Source: Nitrospirota bacterium
GTDB taxonomy: Bacteria; Nitrospirota; 9FT-COMBO-42-15; HDB-SIOI813
Direction: 5' to 3'
DNA: 64,000 nt
NCBI GenBank assembly: GCA_016212215.1
Contig: JACRGV010000047.1
Location: forward strand, 2,680-66,679
Position numbers and translations under genes: made by a program. This document shows positions 44,856 through 54,992 of this stretch, piece after piece. How positions within the stretch are numbered: the first letter of the stretch is position 1; each line of letters opens with the position of its first letter. The notes below the pieces were generated by a model. The model made no database searches, was not told where the DNA came from, and saw only the letters and a list, made by a program, of their open reading frames with translations.

Positions 44856-47117
44856 TTGCAAGAATGCAATAACAAAGTGAGTAGAAATAAATTACCTAAT
44901 ACCTTATCACATCCATATATAGCCTTTATCCTTTTTGCATCAATTGGTACCTTGATATATTTGAATTCCCTTAATAATCCATTTCAATTTGATGATTTTA
45001 ATGTAGTAGTTAATAATTTCAAGATACAAGAAATAAAGAATATACCCTACTTTTTTATTAATCCAAGATTCGGAGCCAACAATCCAATGGCCGCCGGACA
45101 CTACAGGCCTATTTTATTTACAAGTTATGCAATCAATTATGCTATAGGCGGGTTGAATACCCTTGGCTATCATATAGTTAATCTGGCTTTTCACATTGGG
45201 ACAGCGTTTTTAGTTTTCCTCATAGTGAAGGGAATGTTGGAAGACAGTAAGCAGGTAGCAGTAAGCAGTGAGCAGATAGCAGAAAACAAACAGAAGTTAG
45301 AAGCAAGAAGTCAGACGACAGCAGACATCCAGCGGGACAAGAATGTCCCGCCTATAGATAGTCGGGGTTTTCTAACGCCTACGTTTGTAGATAGTCGGGG
45401 TTTTCTAACCCCGATGTTTGTTGCCTCAGTGGCTTCTGGTCTTATTTTCCTTGTCCATCCATTTAATTCAGAGGCTGTAAATTATATAACAGCCCGTTCG
45501 AGTATAATGAGCGGGTTCTTCTATTTGTTGGGGTTTTATTGCTGGGTGCTTTTTAGAAGTCAGAAGAAAGAAGCAAGAAGCAAGAAGTTAGAAGCAAGAA
45601 GTAAGATTTCAGAAGAAAGAAGTCAGAAACAAGAAGTTAGAAGTCAACAGGCAGAAGAAAGAAGTAAGAAGGCAGAAGTAAGAAGTAAGATAGGGGAAGA
45701 CCGGCAAGGTTTTTCTAACTTCTTACCTCTTACCTCTTACTTCTATCTTTTTTCCCTCCTCGCCTTTATCGCCGGTATGTTAAGTAAAGAAGTGGTGATA
45801 ACTTTGCCGGTAATGTTGTGGTTGTATGATTTGTATGGGTTTAGCAGAAGCAAGAAGTTAGAAGCAAGAAGTAAGAATCAAGAAGATAACACAGTAATAA
45901 ATAAGTATGCAGTATTTGATTTGCGTACCTATATCCCCTATCTCCCTTTTGTTCTTCTTGTAGCGATACCGTATCTGCTAGTACGTCTCTTTTCACTCGG
46001 CAGGGTGCTTGATAAGTTTCAGAGGGGTTTTATTACACAACTGTTCACAGAGTTGCCTGTTCTTGTGAGACATTGGCAGATGTTTTTTATCCCAAAGGGC
46101 TTTAGCCTGGTTCACGATGTGGATGTATTCCATGGCATGACATGGTTGTTTATGGTTTCAGTTGTAATATTGATATTATATCTGTGTGGTATTGTGTATC
46201 TATTTTTGTATGGAAAAGGCCGTTGGCGTATTATATCTTTTTTTATGCTGTGGTTTTTTATTGTACTGCTTCCAACAACAATTATTCCACTTAATGCAAT
46301 CTTTCAGGAAAACCGGGGTTACATGGCCTTGTTAAGTTTTGCAGTACCGGCAGGGATTGCAATTGAGACTTTGTTTAATTATAAAAAAAGTGTAGTATTG
46401 AAGGTTATCGTGCTGTTATTATTATTGGCGGTTTATGGAAGTATTACGATGCAGAGAAACATTGTATGGGGGGATGATATTAAGTTATGGAAGGACGCAT
46501 TAGAGAAGTCTCCGCAATCCGGGATTTCCTTTGCAGGATTATCTCTTGCCTATAAGAACAGTGGTGATACATTTCTCTCAATTGAAACTGCGAAAAAGGG
46601 AATTTCTGTAGAACCTGATAGCTATTATCTCCATATGCTTATAGGAGCAGATTTTCAGGCACTTGGTCAAATGGATGAGGCCGCTAAAGAATATGAAAAT
46701 GCGCTTAATATAGATGCAGGTTTCGGTAATGTATGGAATGACCTTGCAGTTTTGTATATAGAAAAAAACAACCTTGAACGTGCGGAGCAGTGCTTAAAAA
46801 ATGGGATAAAGGTTTGGAAGGATTTGCCTCCTCTTTACTATAATCTGGGCAGGATAGATATAATGCGCGGAGATTTTGTTAATGCTATTAGCCACTATGA
46901 AACAGCAGTAAAATTGTATCCGGATTACCTTACTGTGAGGTATGACATGGGAGAGGCTTATGAAAAACTTAATAAGATAGATCAGGCAAAGGAACAGTAC
47001 AGAGAGATTATTAAATATAAAACAATTAATCTTAAAAATTTGAATTACAGGTATGGGTTAGATGAAAAAATAGCAGGGGAAATTATAGCAAAGGCGGAGC
47101 AGAAGTTTAATCAGTAA
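44856..47117 (+). CDS. GT-C-fold glycosyltransferase (PMT_2/DUF1736, TMTC-like) with C-terminal TPR repeats; paralog 1 of 4
   Basis: About 11 TM helices. First-loop NPFQFDDFNVV acidic motif and HYRPIL motif. C-terminal TPR units. In-frame heptamer and REP insertions. Confidence 0.7.
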   Translation: MQECNNKVSRNKLPNTLSHPYIAFILFASIGTLIYLNSLNNPFQFDDFNVVVNNFKIQEIKNIPYFFINPRFGANNPMAAGHYRPILFTSYAINYAIGGLNTLGYHIVNLAFHIGTAFLVFLIVKGMLEDSKQVAVSSEQIAENKQKLEARSQTTADIQRDKNVPPIDSRGFLTPTFVDSRGFLTPMFVASVASGLIFLVHPFNSEAVNYITARSSIMSGFFYLLGFYCWVLFRSQKKEARSKKLEARSKISEERSQKQEVRSQQAEERSKKAEVRSKIGEDRQGFSNFLPLTSYFYLFSLLAFIAGMLSKEVVITLPVMLWLYDLYGFSRSKKLEARSKNQEDNTVINKYAVFDLRTYIPYLPFVLLVAIPYLLVRLFSLGRVLDKFQRGFITQLFTELPVLVRHWQMFFIPKGFSLVHDVDVFHGMTWLFMVSVVILILYLCGIVYLFLYGKGRWRIISFFMLWFFIVLLPTTIIPLNAIFQENRGYMALLSFAVPAGIAIETLFNYKKSVVLKVIVLLLLLAVYGSITMQRNIVWGDDIKLWKDALEKSPQSGISFAGLSLAYKNSGDTFLSIETAKKGISVEPDSYYLHMLIGADFQALGQMDEAAKEYENALNIDAGFGNVWNDLAVLYIEKNNLERAEQCLKNGIKVWKDLPPLYYNLGRIDIMRGDFVNAISHYETAVKLYPDYLTVRYDMGEAYEKLNKIDQAKEQYREIIKYKTINLKNLNYRYGLDEKIAGEIIAKAEQKFNQ

Positions 47118-47127
47118 GTTTTAATGT

Positions 47128-49353
47128 ATGAAAGAAGATATGTTCGGGTTCAGAAAAGGGTGTCACCGGTATCTCATAGTCTTTTGTATCTTTTTATTTG
47201 CAGGTCTGCTCATCTATTGGAATTGCTTAAGTAATCCTTTCCAGTATGATGATGACGGCGTGGTTGTTAAGAATACTAATATTAAAGATGTTAAAAATAT
47301 CCCGCTTTTTTTTATAAACCCAAGACTGTCTGAAAGTAATCCTCTGTATGCAGGACATTACAGACCTATTGTTTATGCAAGTTATGCGGTTAATTATGCT
47401 ATCGGGGGATTAAACCCATTCGGGTATCATGTTGTTAATCTGGCGATTCATATTGGTTCTGCGTTTTTGATATTTCTTATAATGAAGGCAATGTTAGAAG
47501 ACAGGAAGCAGTCAGCAGTAAGCAGTGAGCAGATAGCAGAAAACAAACAGAAGTTAGAAGCAAGAAGTCAGACGACAGCAGACATCCAGCGGGACAAGAA
47601 TGTCCCGCCTATAGATAGTCGGGGTTTTCTAACGCCTACGTTTGTAGATAGCCGGGGTTTTCTAACCCCGATGTTTGTTGCCTCAGTGGCTTCTGGTCTT
47701 ATCTTCCTTGTCCATCCATTTAATTCTGAGGCTGTAAATTATATAACAGCCCGTTCGAGTATAATGAGCGGGTTCTTCTATTTGCTGGGGTTTTATTGCT
47801 GGGTGCTTTTTAGAAGTCAGAAGCAAGAAGTAAGAAGTAAGATAGGAGAAGACCATCGTGGTTCTTCTAATTATTTAAATCTAACTTCTAACTTCTTACC
47901 TCTTGCATCTTACCCCTTACCTCTTACCTCTTACTTCTATCTTTTTTCCCTCCTCGCCTTTATCGCCGGTATGTTAAGTAAAGAAGTGGTGATAACTTTG
48001 CCGGTAATGTTGTGGCTGTATGATTTGTATGGGTTTAAGTCAGTAAGCAGTAAACAGTTAGCAGTAAGCAGTAAACAGACAGAAGGAAGTAACACACAAT
48101 GCCCCTCCGAATCTGCTCACCGCTCACTGCTTACTGCTGACTATCTTTTAAACTGGCGTAACTATGTTCTATATCTCCCTTTTGTTCTTCTTGTAGCAAT
48201 ACCGTATCTGCTTATGCGTCTCTTTTCCCTTGGGAAGGTGCTGGACAAGTTTCAAAGGGACATAGTAACTCAAATACTTACTGAGGTACCGGTTTTATTT
48301 AAACACTGGCAGATGTTTTTTATCCCAAAGGGTTTTAGTCTGGTACATGATGTGGACATTTTTCATGGTATGACGTTGTTGTTGATGGTTTCAATCGTAT
48401 TATTTATTTTGTACTTGGTAATTACTCTATATCTTTTTTTGTCCGGTAGTAGATACCTGCGGGTTGTATCTTTCAGTATGATGTGGTTCTTAATTGTACT
48501 CCTTCCAACAACGATTATGCCTTTAAATGCGATCTTTCAGGAAAACCGGGGATACCTTGCAGTTGTATCATTCTCTTTATTAATCGGGGTTGTACTAATG
48601 GAACTCGGTAAGAGGGTCAACAGGACAACAGTTATAAGCATTACTGTTATTTTGTTTATTATCTACGGAGTAATTACAGTCAAAAGGAATTTTGTATGGG
48701 GAGACAGTATCAGGCTTTGGAAGGATGCGGTAGAGATTGCGCCAGGTTCCGGAATAGCATACGCCGGTTTATCTGCAGTATATAGAGAGAGGGGAGACAT
48801 GTTTCTTTCAATTGAAACAGCAAAAAGGGGGCTTAATGCGGAACCGGACAATTACTATTTACACCTTAATCTCGGGCGTGACTACTTTCTTTCAGGAGAT
48901 GTTGACAAGTCCATACAGGAATATGAAAATGCTTTAAGAATTGATCCTAATGATGCGGTTTCAATGAATGAGCTTGCAACACTTTACGTTAAAAAAGGAG
49001 ATATTGAACAAACTGAGATATTCTTGAAGAAGGCAGTCCGGAAATGGTATAGTCTGCCCCCTCTTCACTACAATTTGGGCGTGGTGCTTGTAGGACGTGG
49101 AAAATTATCAGAGGCCGTGACGGAGTTTCAGGAGGCTATTGCCATTTATCCGGCATATCTTCGTGCAAGGTATGAATTAGGTGAAGTCTATGAAAAAACC
49201 GGCAGGTTAGACATGGCAAGAGAACAGTACAATGAAATTATCAGGTATGGCTCACCTGATACCGCTACTGTAGAACTGTTGTATGACCAGGATAAAAGAA
49301 TCGTGGATCGGATTGTAAGTATGGCCAGGCAAAAACTCGGGAATAAACAATGA
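47128..49353 (+). CDS. GT-C-fold glycosyltransferase (TMTC-like) with C-terminal TPR repeats; paralog 2
   Basis: Same architecture as paralog 1 (NPFQYDDDGVVV, HYRPIV). A block of about 330 nt is near-identical to paralog 1. Confidence 0.7.
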   Translation: MKEDMFGFRKGCHRYLIVFCIFLFAGLLIYWNCLSNPFQYDDDGVVVKNTNIKDVKNIPLFFINPRLSESNPLYAGHYRPIVYASYAVNYAIGGLNPFGYHVVNLAIHIGSAFLIFLIMKAMLEDRKQSAVSSEQIAENKQKLEARSQTTADIQRDKNVPPIDSRGFLTPTFVDSRGFLTPMFVASVASGLIFLVHPFNSEAVNYITARSSIMSGFFYLLGFYCWVLFRSQKQEVRSKIGEDHRGSSNYLNLTSNFLPLASYPLPLTSYFYLFSLLAFIAGMLSKEVVITLPVMLWLYDLYGFKSVSSKQLAVSSKQTEGSNTQCPSESAHRSLLTADYLLNWRNYVLYLPFVLLVAIPYLLMRLFSLGKVLDKFQRDIVTQILTEVPVLFKHWQMFFIPKGFSLVHDVDIFHGMTLLLMVSIVLFILYLVITLYLFLSGSRYLRVVSFSMMWFLIVLLPTTIMPLNAIFQENRGYLAVVSFSLLIGVVLMELGKRVNRTTVISITVILFIIYGVITVKRNFVWGDSIRLWKDAVEIAPGSGIAYAGLSAVYRERGDMFLSIETAKRGLNAEPDNYYLHLNLGRDYFLSGDVDKSIQEYENALRIDPNDAVSMNELATLYVKKGDIEQTEIFLKKAVRKWYSLPPLHYNLGVVLVGRGKLSEAVTEFQEAIAIYPAYLRARYELGEVYEKTGRLDMAREQYNEIIRYGSPDTATVELLYDQDKRIVDRIVSMARQKLGNKQ

Positions 49354-49886
49354 AGTTTGAAATATAATCAGAAAGAGATTGGTAGTTATGAACCGTCATG
49401 AGCCTTCGGCTCACAAATGTTGATGAAAATGAGGCCCCCCCACCCGGCCCCCCTCCTGCCTCTCCCCCCGTAAAGGAGGGGGGAGGATTTGGTAGAAATT
49501 TAATTGTAACTCTCCCGCCGGGGGAGAGGGAGGCTGACGTTTATTCCTCTCCCTTGACGGGAGGGGGTTAGGGGGAGGGTGAGCTATGGAGATTTTCGGA
49601 TGAACCCTCATGAGCCTTCGGCTCACAAAGGTACATGAAAATGAGGCTCAGGATGAAACAACCCCACCCTCACCCGGACCCTCTCCCTGAGGGAGAGGGT
49701 GCTTAGTTTTTATCCCCTCCTCTTCAAGGGGAGGGTTAGGGTGGGGATGGGGTTGATTTTCGGATGAACTCCCATGAACCGAGGGTTCACAAAGGGCCAT
49801 GAAAATCAGCGGGACAAGAAAGTCCCGCCTATCCTTATAGAAATGGATAGGCGGGGTTTTCTTACCCCGCCGGAAGGGATTTTCGG
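49354..49886. repeat. Large intergenic REP block between glycosyltransferase paralogs 2 and 3
   Basis: Diverged copy of the composite element (tcatgagccttcggctcacaaa x2, ctccccccgtaaaggaggggggag, ctctcccgccgggggagag, cctctcccttgacgggaggggg) plus ccctccccttcaaggggagggttagggtggggatgggg and gggacaagaaagtcccgcc..ggcggggttttcttaccccgcc. Confidence 0.85.
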
Positions 49887-51947
49887 ATGAAAGATTGGTT
49901 GGATAAGCGATATGTAATTTTTATTATCTTCTTGCTCATAGGGATTCTGACGTATTGGAATAGCTTTGGTAATAGTTTTCATTATGATGATGAAATGGTC
50001 ATTGTTTATAATAGGAATGTCACCTCTCTAAAAAATATCCCGTATTTCTTTATAAATCCTAAGATGATGTTTTCGGATCTGATGCCGGGTGGGCATTATC
50101 GTCCTCTTGTGCTTACTTCTTATGCTGTCAGCTATGCGTTCACTCAATTAAATCCTGTAGCCTATCATCTATTCAACTTTTTCTTCCACGTGGGGTCGGC
50201 GTTTTTGATATTTCTTATAGTGAAGGCTATGTTAGGCAGCATTCAGCAGTCAGATGACGCCCATCGGGACAAGAATGTCCCGCCTATAGATAGCCGGGTT
50301 TTTCTAACGCCTACGTTTGTAGATAGCCGGGGTTTTCTAACCCCGATGTTTGTTGCCTCAATGGCTTCCGGTCTGATTTTTCTTGTCCATCCGTTTAACT
50401 CAGAGGCTGTGAACTATGTTACTGCCCTCTCCAGCGTAATGAGCGGGTTCTTTTACCTTCTGGCATTTTATTGCTGGGTGCTTTTTAGAAGTCAGAAGCA
50501 AGAAGTAAGAAGTAAGATAGGGGAAGACCGGCAAGGTTTTTCTAACTTCTTACCTCTTGCTTCTTGCTTCTATATAGCTTCCCTCCTCGCCTTTATCGCA
50601 GGTATGTTAAGCAAAGAGGTAGTGATTACACTTATAGTCGTGTTATGGCTGTATGATATGTATGGGTTTAGGTCAGTAAGCAGTAAGCAGTCAGCAGTTA
50701 GCAATGAACAGTTAGCTGATAAAACTGCTTACCGCTCACCGCTTACTGCTGACTATCTTTTAAACTGGCGAACTTATATCCCATATATTCCTTTTGTCCT
50801 TCTCGTAGCGGTGCCTTATTTATTAATAAGATTATTTTCACTTGGGAAGGTGCTTGACCATTTTCAGAGGGATATATGGACTCAGTTGTTTACAGAGCTT
50901 CCGGTTCTGGTCAAACACTGGCAGATGTTTTTTATACCTGTTGACCTCACTCCCCTTCATTTAGTGGAAATATACAGGACTTATTGGTCTTTCCCTGTAT
51001 TATTATCCACGGTCATTATCACAGCATATTTAATTATCGCATTTATTCTTTCACGGGTTCAGAGGCGGACTTTACGCATTATCTCCTTTTTTATGTTCTG
51101 GTTTTTTATAGTTCTCTTACCCACAACTATAATCCCTTTAAATGATATTTTTCAGGAAAACCGCGGTTACCTTGCAATGGTAAGTTTTGCAGTCCTCGCC
51201 GGTGTAGTAATAGGCGAGTTGGGGAGGATAAAGATTAAATGGGTTTCAATGGCAGTTCTGGTCGGTTTAATTATTTTTTACGCCGGCTGTACAGTACAAA
51301 GGAATAAGGTTTGGAAAAGTGAGATGGCCCTCTGGACCGATGCATTGAAGAAGTCTCCAAGGTCTCCGGCAGTTTACACAGCATTAGCTGTTGAATACAA
51401 AAGGGCAAGAAAGTTTAACATGGCTATAGATGCATCAAATAAGGCTATTTTACTGGGGGGCAATGATAATTTCTTTATCCATGACAATCTTGGGAGAATC
51501 TATTCTATGCAGGAAAAGTATGACCTTGCTATAAAGGAGTTTGAACAGGCAGTAAAACTGTATCCCTATAAATCGGATACTCATAATGAATTAGGTCATG
51601 CCTATTTTATAATGGGCAAAATAGAGTTAGCGGAAAAGGAGCTTAAGGAGGCTATTAAGTACGATCCAAAATTCTCCAGACCTTATTATAATCTAGGGAT
51701 CTTGAGCAGGCGGGGTGGAAAATCTTCTGAGGCTATAAATTATTTTAAGACTGTAATTTCATTAAATCCGGCACATTCGAAATCGTGGTTTAATTTAGGG
51801 TCATTGATGGAAGAAATGGGCAACAAGGATGAGGCATTAAGATATTACAACAGGGCAGTTCAGGTAACTGCAAAGGATGAACAAGACGTAGCCCAGGAGG
51901 CACGTGAGGCTATTGACAGGCTTGAGAAGATGAGGGCAGCAAGATAA
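49887..51947 (+). CDS. GT-C-fold glycosyltransferase (TMTC-like) with C-terminal TPR repeats; paralog 3
   Basis: NSFHYDDEMVIV, HYRPLV; TM domain followed by TPR repeats. The same REP-derived RDKNVPPIDSR..FLTP loop is present. Confidence 0.7.
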   Translation: MKDWLDKRYVIFIIFLLIGILTYWNSFGNSFHYDDEMVIVYNRNVTSLKNIPYFFINPKMMFSDLMPGGHYRPLVLTSYAVSYAFTQLNPVAYHLFNFFFHVGSAFLIFLIVKAMLGSIQQSDDAHRDKNVPPIDSRVFLTPTFVDSRGFLTPMFVASMASGLIFLVHPFNSEAVNYVTALSSVMSGFFYLLAFYCWVLFRSQKQEVRSKIGEDRQGFSNFLPLASCFYIASLLAFIAGMLSKEVVITLIVVLWLYDMYGFRSVSSKQSAVSNEQLADKTAYRSPLTADYLLNWRTYIPYIPFVLLVAVPYLLIRLFSLGKVLDHFQRDIWTQLFTELPVLVKHWQMFFIPVDLTPLHLVEIYRTYWSFPVLLSTVIITAYLIIAFILSRVQRRTLRIISFFMFWFFIVLLPTTIIPLNDIFQENRGYLAMVSFAVLAGVVIGELGRIKIKWVSMAVLVGLIIFYAGCTVQRNKVWKSEMALWTDALKKSPRSPAVYTALAVEYKRARKFNMAIDASNKAILLGGNDNFFIHDNLGRIYSMQEKYDLAIKEFEQAVKLYPYKSDTHNELGHAYFIMGKIELAEKELKEAIKYDPKFSRPYYNLGILSRRGGKSSEAINYFKTVISLNPAHSKSWFNLGSLMEEMGNKDEALRYYNRAVQVTAKDEQDVAQEAREAIDRLEKMRAAR

Positions 51948-52069
51948 TGAAACATCCATGAGCGTACCGCTCACAAAGGATGATGATAATGACGGGACAA
52001 GAATGTCCCGCCTATCCTCGTAGAAATGGATAGGCGGGGTTTTCTTACCCTGCCGGAAGGGATTTTCGG
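51948..52069. repeat. REP modules between paralogs 3 and 4
   Basis: catgagcgtaccgctcacaaagg and gggacaagaatgtcccgcctatcctcgtagaaatggataggcggggttttcttaccctgcc. Confidence 0.8.
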
Positions 52070-54196
52070 ATGAATACAAAGGGTTCATGGTTCTCAACTA
52101 TAATTTGCAGTAAGACATTAGTCCTTTGTTTGTTCGTTCTTCTTGGTACAGCGGCATATCTTAATAGCCTGCATAATATGTTTCAGTATGATGATTATTT
52201 TTACGTCACCTACAACAAGAGCATAAGGTCATTAAATAATCTGCCTCAGTTTTTTACAAATCCAAGATTACTTATTTCAGACCATCAGGCAGGTCATTAC
52301 CGGCCGCTTGTATTGTTGAGCTATGCTATTAATTATGCCCTTGGCGGCCTTGATACCTTTGGTTATCATCTGACAAATCTCATCTTTCATATAGGTACAG
52401 CATTTTTGCTATTTCTTATAGTGAAGACCATGTTGGAAGGCATGGGGCTTGGGGCAGAAGTCAGAAGCAAGAAGTTAGAAGCAAGAAGTCGGACGTCAGC
52501 AGATATCCAGCGGGACAAGAATGTCCCTCCTATAGATAGTCGGGGTTTTCTAACCCCGATGTTTGTTGCCTCCGTGGCTTCTGGTCTTATTTTCCTTGTT
52601 CATCCTTTCAATTCCGAGGCTGTAAACTATATTACAGCAAGGTCAAGCGTAATGAGCGGATTCTTTTATCTGCTGGGATTTTACTGTTGGGTGAAGTTTA
52701 GAAGTCAGAAGTCAGAAGTTAGAAGCCAACAGACAGAAGAAAGAAGCAAGAAGTTAGAAGCAAGAAGTAAGATAGGAGAAGACCTGCGAGGTTCTTCTAA
52801 CTTCTTACCTCTTACTTCTTACTTCTATATTGCTTCCTTCCTTGCCTTTCTCGCAGGTATGTTGAGCAAAGAGGTTGTGATTACACTGCCAATCGTGTTC
52901 TGGTTGTATGATATTTATTGGCCCAATAGAAGCAAGAAGCAAGAAGTAAGAAGTCAGATGCAAGAAGATAAGACAGATAACAATACTGCTCACCGCTCAC
53001 CTCTTAATGCGGGGTATATATTAAACTGGCGGACATACATACCGTATCTCCCCTTTATCCTTATAGTAGTAATCCCATATTTTTTAATGCGGTTTTTTTC
53101 ACTTGGAGGGGTCCTGACGCCATTCAAGAGAGATGTAATGACACAGTTGTATACTGAACTGCCTGTACTTGTAAAACACTGGAGACTTTTTCTTTTCCCA
53201 ACCGGGCTTACATTCGGCGACGTTATAGGAGTCCGAAATAATCTCTGGTCATTCGAAATAGTCCTCTCTGCATGTTTCGTCATTGTATACCTTATATTGG
53301 CTGTATATCTTTTTCTTCGTAATGAATTATTTGCAAGAATATCTTCATTTTTCATGTTCTGGTTTCTGATTGTAATTATACCTACCACTATTATTCCCTT
53401 AAACGTGATTTTTCAGGAAAACCGGGGGTATCTTGCTATAGTGAGTTTTGCTGTTCTGACAGGGATAGTGATCAGCACCTTTTTAAACAAACTATCCGCT
53501 AAGCCGGCATTTGTAATATTGATAATACTGATTGGGGTTTACTTTGGAGGGACGGTTGCACGGAATCGGGTATGGAATAGTGAGGTAGGGTTATGGAAAG
53601 ATACCATTGATAAGTATCCTGAATCGTCAAAACTCTACATAGCCTTAGGGGTTGCTTACACAAGGGCTAATATGTATAATGATGCACTTGATGCATTAAA
53701 TAAGGCTTTTGATTTAGGCGGGGGTAAAGACCCTGCTCTCCATGAAGCACTTGGAAAAATATATATTGTTCAGAAAAAATGGGACCTTGCAGCAATAGAA
53801 TATGAGAAAATGATTCAGGTACGTCCGGATTATTCCGGGTTTCGTAATGACTTAGGTGCAATATACTTTAACATCGGGAAATTAGACCTTGCAGAGGTGC
53901 AATATAAAAGGGCACAACAGCTTGACCATCTTGACTACCTGCCTCATTTTAACCTGGGAGTTTTATACACAGAGAAGGGGATGCTGAAAGAGGCAGTAAA
54001 GGAATATAATATATCAATCGCTTTATATCCTGATTATGTGAAGGCCAGATTTAATCTTGCAGAATTATTAGAAGAACTTGGAGATAAGGCAGGGGCACGG
54101 GAATATTACAGTTATATAGTAAAACAAAAAGGGAGTGAAGATAGAGAACTAACACATGAGGCAGGGCTAAGACTGGCTAACCTCATGAAATTATAA
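52070..54196 (+). CDS. GT-C-fold glycosyltransferase (TMTC-like) with C-terminal TPR repeats; paralog 4
   Basis: NMFQYDDYFYV, HYRPLV; TM domain followed by TPR repeats, with in-frame heptamer insertions. Confidence 0.7.
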   Translation: MNTKGSWFSTIICSKTLVLCLFVLLGTAAYLNSLHNMFQYDDYFYVTYNKSIRSLNNLPQFFTNPRLLISDHQAGHYRPLVLLSYAINYALGGLDTFGYHLTNLIFHIGTAFLLFLIVKTMLEGMGLGAEVRSKKLEARSRTSADIQRDKNVPPIDSRGFLTPMFVASVASGLIFLVHPFNSEAVNYITARSSVMSGFFYLLGFYCWVKFRSQKSEVRSQQTEERSKKLEARSKIGEDLRGSSNFLPLTSYFYIASFLAFLAGMLSKEVVITLPIVFWLYDIYWPNRSKKQEVRSQMQEDKTDNNTAHRSPLNAGYILNWRTYIPYLPFILIVVIPYFLMRFFSLGGVLTPFKRDVMTQLYTELPVLVKHWRLFLFPTGLTFGDVIGVRNNLWSFEIVLSACFVIVYLILAVYLFLRNELFARISSFFMFWFLIVIIPTTIIPLNVIFQENRGYLAIVSFAVLTGIVISTFLNKLSAKPAFVILIILIGVYFGGTVARNRVWNSEVGLWKDTIDKYPESSKLYIALGVAYTRANMYNDALDALNKAFDLGGGKDPALHEALGKIYIVQKKWDLAAIEYEKMIQVRPDYSGFRNDLGAIYFNIGKLDLAEVQYKRAQQLDHLDYLPHFNLGVLYTEKGMLKEAVKEYNISIALYPDYVKARFNLAELLEELGDKAGAREYYSYIVKQKGSEDRELTHEAGLRLANLMKL

Positions 54197-54216
54197 ACAT
54201 TAGGGGGAGAAAGATT

Positions 54217-54957
54217 ATGGGAGAGAACAGCCAATCAGGCGGCTATCAGCAGCAAAACTCATCAAAAAAGCAGAGGTTTTCATGGAAACTTATTGTAATA
54301 GCTATAGGCGTGTTATGTGTACTCATTATAGGTGGGTTTTATCTAAAGAATTATTTAGAGAGGTCTGACCCTAAATATTACATGAAACATTACAGTACAG
54401 GGATACAGTTTTATAATAATGCAATGTTTGACCTGGCTATTGAAGAGTTTACAAAATCTATGAAGGCACGGCCTGATAGTTTTGAACCATACTATGGTAT
54501 GGGACTGACTTATTTAAAGGTCAAAAAGTTAGATGAAGCAACTACCTATCTGAAAAAAGCTGTAACAATAAGGCCGGAGCGGGTGGATATTTTATATTCA
54601 CTCGGCGTGGCATATCAACGCATGGGCAGGCTGGAAAAGGCATTAGAGATATATTATATAATAGGTAAAAAGGACCCTAACGCAGTTCAGGTGTTCAGCA
54701 ATGTTGGTGTTGTTCATGTTAAAATGGGAAACTTTGATAAGGCATATCAGTCTTTACAGTATGCCATTAAGATAAAACCCGATTACTATCCGGCATACTT
54801 TAACCTTGCGAAGGCTTATGAAACGCAAGGTAAAATAAACCTTGCAATAATTGAGTTGCAGCATCTGAAAGATATTGCTGTGAAACAGCATGACACAAGC
54901 GGGGTAGCCGAAGCTGCTCAACAGCGGATAGCACAATTAAAAAATATTAAGAAGTAA
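54217..54957 (+). CDS. Membrane-anchored TPR-repeat protein
   Basis: Single N-terminal TM helix (LIVIAIGVLCVLIIGGFYL) followed by about 5 TPR units. Confidence 0.6.
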   Translation: MGENSQSGGYQQQNSSKKQRFSWKLIVIAIGVLCVLIIGGFYLKNYLERSDPKYYMKHYSTGIQFYNNAMFDLAIEEFTKSMKARPDSFEPYYGMGLTYLKVKKLDEATTYLKKAVTIRPERVDILYSLGVAYQRMGRLEKALEIYYIIGKKDPNAVQVFSNVGVVHVKMGNFDKAYQSLQYAIKIKPDYYPAYFNLAKAYETQGKINLAIIELQHLKDIAVKQHDTSGVAEAAQQRIAQLKNIKK

Positions 54958-54992
54958 TAATATGGCATGTAAATTGCTATATTAACTATATA

